Notes under the pieces: generated by a model
Databases searched by the model: none
The model's input: the letters and a program-made list of their open reading frames with translations, nothing else
What the model was told of the DNA's origin: nothing
Shown here: one piece after another, positions 8,652-14,542 of the stretch
Numbering within the stretch: position 1 is the first letter of the stretch
Layout of the letters: every line of letters begins with the position of its first letter
Made by a program: the position numbers and the translations under genes
Origin: Comamonas odontotermitis
Lineage (GTDB): Bacteria > Pseudomonadota > Gammaproteobacteria > Burkholderiales > Burkholderiaceae_C
Reading direction: 5' to 3'
Length of the DNA: 24,000 nucleotides
Assembly: GCF_040396735.1 (NCBI RefSeq)
Contig: NZ_JBEBNZ010000015.1
Span: forward strand, 76,864 to 100,863

Positions 8652-8800
8652 AGTCGACTTTCGAAAACGCGGAAAGATGAAACACCCCGGAGCCGCCTTG
8701 CGGCGCACCGCAAGGGAAACTGCGGCCCCATCAGCAAAACGGCTCTTGCTGACCGTCTCGCAGATGGGGCCGCGCCTGTTTCATGCGTTGCAGGCGTATA

Positions 8801-9949
8801 TCAGGGTTGGTACTTCCAGGTGCCGTTTTCGATCTTGACCATCACCACACCATTCTGGATGCCGAGGTGGTCAGTGGGTGACATGGAGAAAATACCGTGT
8901 GCACCAGGCACATTCTTGGTCTGCTCCAGGGCATCGCGCAACGCCGCGCGGAACTCCGGTGTACCAGGCTGCGCCTTTTTCAGCGCCTCGGGCACAGCAG
9001 CGAACAGGATCTTTCCTGCATCCCATGCATGGGCGCCAAAAGTGGCCGCAGTGCCCTTGCCATACTTGCCTTCATAGGCCTTGACGTAATCCACGCCCTC
9101 TTTCTTGACCGGGTTGCTGTCAGGCAATTGATCGGCCACCAGCACCGGGCCCGCAGGCAGGAAGGTGCCTTCCACGTCCTTGCCGCCTACGCGCAGAAAA
9201 TCGGCATTGGCCACACCGTGGGTCTGGTAGTACTTACCCTTGTAGCCGCGCTCCTTGAGGGTTTTCTCGGGCAGGGCCGCTGGTGTGCCCGAGCCCGCCA
9301 CCAGCACCGCATCGGGCTTGGCAGCCATCAGCTTCAATGCCTGACCGGTCACGGACGTGTCGGCGCGCGAGAAGGCCTCGGTCGCCACGATCTTCAGGCC
9401 CTTGGCTTCAGCGGCCTTTTTGAATTCCTGCAACCAGCTCTCGCCATAGGCATCGTTGAAGCCGATGTAGCCGACGGTCTTGACGCCACTCTTGGCCATA
9501 TGGTCTGCAATGGCGCCAGCCATCAGCCCGTCGTTCTGGGGCGTCTTGAAGACCCATTTCTTCCTGTCATCCATCGGCTCGATGATCTTCGCCGAAGCAG
9601 CCAGGGTAATCATGGGTGTCTTGCCTTCTGCCACCACGTCGATCATTGCCAGCGAATTGGGCGTGATGCTGGAGCCGATGATGATGTCGGCCTTGCTCTC
9701 GCTGATCAGCTTGCGGGTGTTGGAGACGGCTGCGGTGGTGTCGGACGCATCATCGAGAATGATGTAGTTGACCTTCTGCCCACCGATGGTCTGCGGCATC
9801 AGCGCAATCGTGTTTTTCTCCGGGATGCCCAGTGATGCAGCCGGGCCGGTTGCCGACAGCACCACACCCACATTGATGTCGGCCCAGGCCGAACCCCACG
9901 CTGCAGCCAGTGCAGCAGCAACAATTCCCAGTTTTGCAAAGCGCTTCAT
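8801..9949 (-). CDS. Periplasmic solute-binding protein of the LivJ/K (type I PBP) family; ligand probably an aromatic/aryl-acetate acid rather than a branched-chain amino acid
   Basis: SD AAGGAGA lies 7 nt upstream. Sec signal MKRFAKLGIVAAALAAAWGSAWA|D. INVGVVLSATGPAASLG...DDASD is typical of Leu/Ile/Val-binding-like proteins. The ligand assignment is inferred from genomic context only. Confidence 0.85.
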   Translation of the reverse strand: MKRFAKLGIVAAALAAAWGSAWADINVGVVLSATGPAASLGIPEKNTIALMPQTIGGQKVNYIILDDASDTTAAVSNTRKLISESKADIIIGSSITPNSLAMIDVVAEGKTPMITLAASAKIIEPMDDRKKWVFKTPQNDGLMAGAIADHMAKSGVKTVGYIGFNDAYGESWLQEFKKAAEAKGLKIVATEAFSRADTSVTGQALKLMAAKPDAVLVAGSGTPAALPEKTLKERGYKGKYYQTHGVANADFLRVGGKDVEGTFLPAGPVLVADQLPDSNPVKKEGVDYVKAYEGKYGKGTAATFGAHAWDAGKILFAAVPEALKKAQPGTPEFRAALRDALEQTKNVPGAHGIFSMSPTDHLGIQNGVVMVKIENGTWKYQP

Positions 9950-10097
9950 ATATTGTCTCCTTGAAGATGGCTCTTACTAAACGACCCCTACGATTGCGAT
10001 GATGGCTGCGATGCAATGGGCAATGTCGGTGCGAGATCCATGGCTATCACAACGGCACAACAATTTAACTTATTAAATAATTTTTCACCAGTATTTT

Positions 10098-10706
10098 TCA
10101 GCGTTTCTGACCTGGGGTTTGCACTGCCCCCACACCTCCCAGAAACAGATCGGCCACAACAGGTGCCATGGTGTCGTAGCTCAAGGCGCCATGGGGCTTG
10201 AGCCAGGTGAACATCCAGTTCATCATGCCGAACAACAGCATGGTGAGCGCCTTGGTCAGCCCGGCCTGGTCCGTCTGGGGGCGCAGCTCACGCACAGCGC
10301 GTGCCACGCTTTCCACCACCTGGCGTTCACCGTTCAGAATCCGCTCCTGATCCTCTTCATTCAAGAAACGCACATCCTCGGTCAGCACCCGGTGTTCGTT
10401 GATGGCATGGGCATACTCCTGTACAAAGCGCTCAATCAACAAGCGCAGGCGAGGCTCGGCAGGCAGTTGCTGATCCACCCCGTCCACCAGCGCAATCAGC
10501 CGCGTGATATGCGCATCGCAAATCTCGAGCAACAACGCATTCTTGTCCTTGAAGTAATGGTAGAGCGCCGGCTTGGACAGGCCGCAGGCACTCGCCACCT
10601 CATTCATCGAGGTCGCCGCGTAGCCTGCGCGGGCAAACAGCTCCGCAGCCTGGTGCAGGATATGTTCTCTCTGGTCTTCGTAACCGGGTGCCCGTCCTCG
10701 AGCCAT
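10098..10706 (-). CDS. paaR: TetR-family transcriptional regulator, probable PaaR-type repressor of the paa genes
   Basis: N-terminal HTH ILHQAAELFARAGYAATSMNEVASACGLSKPALYHYFKDK. The gene sits 65 bp downstream of paaE on the same strand, which is where TetR-type paa regulators sit in betaproteobacterial clusters as I recall. Confidence 0.7.
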   Translation of the reverse strand: MARGRAPGYEDQREHILHQAAELFARAGYAATSMNEVASACGLSKPALYHYFKDKNALLLEICDAHITRLIALVDGVDQQLPAEPRLRLLIERFVQEYAHAINEHRVLTEDVRFLNEEDQERILNGERQVVESVARAVRELRPQTDQAGLTKALTMLLFGMMNWMFTWLKPHGALSYDTMAPVVADLFLGGVGAVQTPGQKR

Positions 10707-10771
10707 GGCGTCTTTCCTTGTTGATGGTGGTGGCGCTCATCATGCCTCAAACCATTCCCCCCTACGGGGTG

Positions 10772-11857
10772 TCAGCGCTCATCAAATGAGAGCACAACGC
10801 GCTCTGTCAACGGGTGCGCCTGGCAGGTGAGGATGAAACCATCGGCCACCTCCTTTTTATCCAAGGCGAAGTTGCGCTCCATCCGCACCTCGCCTTCCAC
10901 CAGCTTGGCCCGGCAGGTGCCGCATACACCGGATGTGCATGAATACGGCACCTCCATGCCAGCAGCAGATGCCGCATCGAGAATGCTGGGTTGCCCTTTG
11001 GTAAACGGAATCTCGCGCGACAGGCCATCGCGGATGATCACAATGCGCGCGGCCTCGGCGTCTCCTGGCTTGGCTTCGTGCACCACAGCGCCCACGGTGC
11101 CTGCAGCCTGCAGCGCCACGCCGAAGCGTTCGATATGGATGCGCTCTTCCGCAACCCCTGCGGCCAGCAAGGCAGCTTCGGCCTCGTCGTTCATCTGGAA
11201 AGGGCCGCAGACATAGACATGGTCGATGCGACCAGCCGGCACCACGCTTGCCAGAAATTCACCGATCTTTTCACGGTTCATCGTACCGCTGTTGATCGGC
11301 GCATCGGTGTGCTCGTCGGAGAACACGTGCTGCAGCACCAGACGCGACATGTAGCGGTTCTTGAGGTCTTCGATCTCTTCCTTGAACATGGTCGAGCGCA
11401 ATGCGCGGTTGCCATAGATCAGGGTGAACCGGCTCGCGGGCTCGCGCGCCAGCACGGTCTTCATGATCGAGAGAATTGGCGTGATACCGCTGCCACCGGC
11501 AATGCCCACATGGTGGCGGGCGGCATCGCTTTCGATGGGTACAAAGAACCGCCCTTGCGGCGCCATCACCTGGATGGTGTCACCAGGCTGCAGGTGTTCG
11601 TTGATCCAGTTGGAGAACACGCCACCGCGCACCTTGCGCACGCCCACGCGCAACTCGCCGTCATCCACGCCTGCGCAGATCGAATAGGAACGGCGCAGGT
11701 CCTGGCCATCGATATTCGCGCGCAAGGTCAGGTACTGGCCCTGGGTAAAGCCAAATACTTCGCGCAGGTCCGTTGGCACGTCAAACGACACCACCACCGC
11801 CTCTTGCGTATCCGGCTCGATCTTGCGCACGCGCAACGGATGGAAACTGATGCTCAT
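10772..11857 (-). CDS. paaE: Phenylacetyl-CoA 1,2-epoxidase reductase subunit (FNR-like FAD/NAD domains plus plant-type 2Fe-2S)
   Basis: RRSYSICA (FAD binding), GGSGITP (NAD binding), and a C-terminal CTSGVCGTCRAKL...C ferredoxin cluster motif. It follows paaD by 15 nt. Confidence 0.93.
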   Translation of the reverse strand: MSISFHPLRVRKIEPDTQEAVVVSFDVPTDLREVFGFTQGQYLTLRANIDGQDLRRSYSICAGVDDGELRVGVRKVRGGVFSNWINEHLQPGDTIQVMAPQGRFFVPIESDAARHHVGIAGGSGITPILSIMKTVLAREPASRFTLIYGNRALRSTMFKEEIEDLKNRYMSRLVLQHVFSDEHTDAPINSGTMNREKIGEFLASVVPAGRIDHVYVCGPFQMNDEAEAALLAAGVAEERIHIERFGVALQAAGTVGAVVHEAKPGDAEAARIVIIRDGLSREIPFTKGQPSILDAASAAGMEVPYSCTSGVCGTCRAKLVEGEVRMERNFALDKKEVADGFILTCQAHPLTERVVLSFDER

Positions 11858-11872
11858 AGTGGATTCCTCAAC

Positions 11873-12406
11873 TCAAATAGGCTTGAAGTGCTCAAAGGGT
11901 TCGCGGCAAGCCAGGCAGCGGTACAAGGCTTTGCAGGCAGTCGCACCAAAGGCGGACAGCCGCTCTGTCTGTGCGCTTGCACAGCGCGGGCATGCGGGTG
12001 CTGCGGTATTCATGCTGCGGCCGAAGAACCGGATCGGCACTGCGGCATCCTTGTCCACCATGCCTGGCGGCGCGATGCCGTACTCGGCCAGCTTGCGCCT
12101 GCCTTCTGCACTGATCCAGTCCGTCGTCCAGGCCGGTGCGCGGCGCAAGGTCACCCACGCGGGGCCCAGGCCTGCGGCATCGATGGCGGCCAGCACATCA
12201 CTCTCGATCACCTCGGTCGCAGGGCAGCCCGAGTAGGTCGGCGTCAGCACGATCTCCAGCCCCGCCTCCCCGGCAACCACGTCGCGCACAATGCCCAAAT
12301 CGCACACCGATACGGCAGGCACCTCGGGGTCCAGCACGGTGTGGAGCACTTTCCAGGCGGCACTCACCCGGGCGTCCTGCGCAAGCTCAGTTGCCTGCAT
12401 CACCAT
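11873..12406 (-). CDS. paaD: Phenylacetyl-CoA 1,2-epoxidase subunit PaaD (DUF59 domain plus C-terminal Cys-rich Zn-ribbon)
   Basis: VLDPEVPAVSVCDLGIV...TPTYSGCPA and C-terminal CPRCAS...CKALYRCLACREPFEHFK. The start is either ATG 12406 or ATG 12400; the second overlaps the paaC stop as TGATG. Confidence 0.9.
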   Translation of the reverse strand: MVMQATELAQDARVSAAWKVLHTVLDPEVPAVSVCDLGIVRDVVAGEAGLEIVLTPTYSGCPATEVIESDVLAAIDAAGLGPAWVTLRRAPAWTTDWISAEGRRKLAEYGIAPPGMVDKDAAVPIRFFGRSMNTAAPACPRCASAQTERLSAFGATACKALYRCLACREPFEHFKPI

Positions 12407-13197
12407 GCTCCTGCGGGAAAGGCGCGCTGCAGATATTGCATATCGGCCAGGATGAAGCCCATGTGTTCGCTGTGGCGACCGCGCTTGCCTTCGCTCAGAA
12501 ACTGCGTCGCTGCAGGCTCTGCCAACTGTGCCTCAGCCAGCACTTCGCGCATTTGTGCATACCAGTCATCCTTCAATGCGGACCAGCGCGGGCCCCAGCC
12601 AGCATCTGCGGCGGCCTCGTCAGCTGCGTCGGTATCAAACAGCTCTGGCGCATAGCGCCACAGTTGCTTGATCGCAGCTTCCATGCGGGTGCGTGACTCG
12701 TCCGTACCATCACCCAGCCGCACCACCCAGTCTGCGGAGTGCTGCTGGTGGTAGCGCACTTCTTTCACGGCCTTGGCGGCAATGGCACGCAGTTCTTCAT
12801 CGCAGCTCTCCACGCTCACCCGCTCCCACAGCAGCTTCAGCCACGTGGCGAGCATGGTGTTGCGCAACACGGCGAATGCAAAATCCCCGCGCGGCAACTC
12901 GGCCAGCGTCACATTGAAGTAATCGCGTTCATTGCGCAGGAAAGCCAACTGGTCTTCGTCATGGCCACCCCCTTCCACCTGCCCGGCCCGTGTGAGCACG
13001 GCGCGCGCCTGCCCGATCAGATCGAGCGCAATGTTGGACATGGCGATGTCCTCTTCCAGGACCGGTGCATGGCCACACCATTCACTGATGCGTTGGGCCA
13101 GGATCAGACAGCTGTCACCGATGCGCAGCAGGTATTGCGTCGCGGGCGTGAGGGCAAGTTGTATGGATTCAGCAGGCATGGTTTCTCCCGGGATCAC
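12400..13197 (-). CDS. paaC: Phenylacetyl-CoA 1,2-epoxidase structural subunit PaaC
   Basis: Collinear with remembered E. coli PaaC: LRIGDSCLILAQRISEWCGHAPVLEEDIAMSNIALDLIGQAR, KEVRYH, LWRYAPELFD, HSEHMGFILADMQYLQRAFPGAW. The start is GTG 13197 (GTGA overlap with the paaB stop) or ATG 13179. Confidence 0.9.
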   Translation of the reverse strand: MIPGETMPAESIQLALTPATQYLLRIGDSCLILAQRISEWCGHAPVLEEDIAMSNIALDLIGQARAVLTRAGQVEGGGHDEDQLAFLRNERDYFNVTLAELPRGDFAFAVLRNTMLATWLKLLWERVSVESCDEELRAIAAKAVKEVRYHQQHSADWVVRLGDGTDESRTRMEAAIKQLWRYAPELFDTDAADEAAADAGWGPRWSALKDDWYAQMREVLAEAQLAEPAATQFLSEGKRGRHSEHMGFILADMQYLQRAFPAGAW

Positions 13198-13490
13198 ATG
13201 TGATCCACTTCCTTGGGCAACTGGAAGAAGGTGGGGTGGCGATACACCTTGTCTTCCGCAGGATCGAAATACATGTCCTTGTCACCGGGATCGCTCGCCA
13301 CAATCTGTTCGGACTGCACCACCCACACGCTGCAGCCTTCCTGCCGACGGGTGTACACATCACGCGCCATCTGGATGGCCATTCTGGCGTCCGCTGCATG
13401 CAGGCTGCCGCAGTGCTTGTGGTCCAGGCCTGCCTTGCTGCGCACAAATACCTCCCACAGAGGCCATTCCTTTTTGATGCTGTCGTTCAT
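13194..13490 (-). CDS. paaB: Phenylacetyl-CoA 1,2-epoxidase subunit PaaB
   Basis: [30 protein letters not shown]...[17 protein letters not shown]...[15 protein letters not shown] closely matches remembered E. coli PaaB. ATGA overlap with the paaA stop. Confidence 0.95.
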   Translation of the reverse strand: MNDSIKKEWPLWEVFVRSKAGLDHKHCGSLHAADARMAIQMARDVYTRRQEGCSVWVVQSEQIVASDPGDKDMYFDPAEDKVYRHPTFFQLPKEVDHM

Positions 13491-14503
13491 GCGGCCTCCT
13501 TGATGGCGCGACTCTGTTGTTTGCGGGCGTGGGCCAGCGCTGCTTCGCGCACCCAGGCCCCGTTGTCCCAGGCTTGCACACGGGCACCCAACCGCTCCTG
13601 GTTGCAGGGCCCGTCTCCGGCGATCACGCGCCAGAATTCATCCCAGTCGATGGGCCCGTGGTCATGGGCACCACGCGCCTCATTCCATTTCAGCTCCGGA
13701 TCCGGCAGAGTCACGCCCAGAATCTGTGCCTGCTCCACGGTCGCGTCGATGAACTTCTGGCGCAGCTCATCATTGGAGACACGCTTGATGCCCCAGCGCA
13801 TCGATTGCGCACTGTTGGGTGATTGGTCATCGGGTGGGCCGAACATCATGATCGACGGCCACCACCAGCGGTTGACCGCGTCCTGCACCATGTCCTTCTG
13901 TGCCTGGGTGCCGTTCTTCATCATCGTGAGCAGCGCATCAAATCCTTGGCGCTGGTGAAAGCTCTCCTCGCGGCAGATGCGGATCATGGCGCGTGCATAC
14001 GGGGCATACGAGCAGCGGCAGATCGGCACCTGGTTCATGATGGCCGCGCCATCCACCAGCCAGCCGATGGTGCCGATATCGGCCCAGGTCAGCGTGGGGT
14101 AGTTGAAGATGGAGCTGTACTTGGCCTTGCCGCTGTGCAGCGCGTCGAGCATCTGGTCACGCGAGGTGCCCAGGGTTTCAGCCGCCGCGTACAGATACAG
14201 GCCATGGCCGCCCTCGTCCTGCACCTTGGCCAGCAGAATGGCCTTGCGCTTGAGGGTGGGCGCACGGCTGATCCAGTTGCCCTCGGGCAGCATGCCGACG
14301 ATCTCCGAATGCGCGTGCTGGCTGATCTGGCGCAGCAAGGTCTTGCGGTAATGGTCGGGCATCCAGTCCTTGGCTTCGATGAACTCGCCCGCGTCGATGC
14401 GCTCATCAAAGCGCTCCTGCAGGTGCGCCTCTTGGGCGGAGCGAACGGGCTTGTTGCCGTCTCCCGGCTCTTTACCCATGGTGTCCATGGCTTGGGTGTA
14501 CAT
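13487..14503 (-). CDS. paaA: Phenylacetyl-CoA 1,2-epoxidase catalytic (di-iron) subunit PaaA
   Basis: The start is trimmed to ATG 14503, which is preceded by SD GAGGAGG; the TTG at 14518 in the ORF track is unlikely. [55 protein letters not shown] and [14 protein letters not shown] match E. coli PaaA. Confidence 0.95.
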   Translation of the reverse strand: MYTQAMDTMGKEPGDGNKPVRSAQEAHLQERFDERIDAGEFIEAKDWMPDHYRKTLLRQISQHAHSEIVGMLPEGNWISRAPTLKRKAILLAKVQDEGGHGLYLYAAAETLGTSRDQMLDALHSGKAKYSSIFNYPTLTWADIGTIGWLVDGAAIMNQVPICRCSYAPYARAMIRICREESFHQRQGFDALLTMMKNGTQAQKDMVQDAVNRWWWPSIMMFGPPDDQSPNSAQSMRWGIKRVSNDELRQKFIDATVEQAQILGVTLPDPELKWNEARGAHDHGPIDWDEFWRVIAGDGPCNQERLGARVQAWDNGAWVREAALAHARKQQSRAIKEAA

Positions 14504-14542
14504 GGTGAACCTCCTCAAGTGTGTGGGTCGTACTGGATTTGC

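Noticed and set aside
10707-10771. A small hairpin CCCC-CTAC-GGGG between paaE and the TetR gene, considered as a terminator.
   Set aside because: The stem is 4 bp and no U-tract follows, which is too weak to call. The TetR gene is more simply read as cotranscribed with paaABCDE or driven by an unrecognised weak promoter.
10991-12655. A 554-aa ORF on the + strand, with many similar long ORFs elsewhere: 19835-21178 (-), 6145-7404 (+), 13823-14998 (+), 18674-19828 (+), 5077-6063 (+), 2401-3339 (-), 8897-9835 (+), 21700-22626 (+), 17011-17904 (+), 4898-5773 (+), 15230-16096 (+), 546-1151 (-).
   Set aside because: All are antisense or out of frame relative to genes with strong, full-length family matches. 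Their translations are Arg/Ala/Gly/His/Gln-rich low-complexity strings with no recognisable motifs. This is the usual stop-codon-poor shadow ORF of high-GC DNA.
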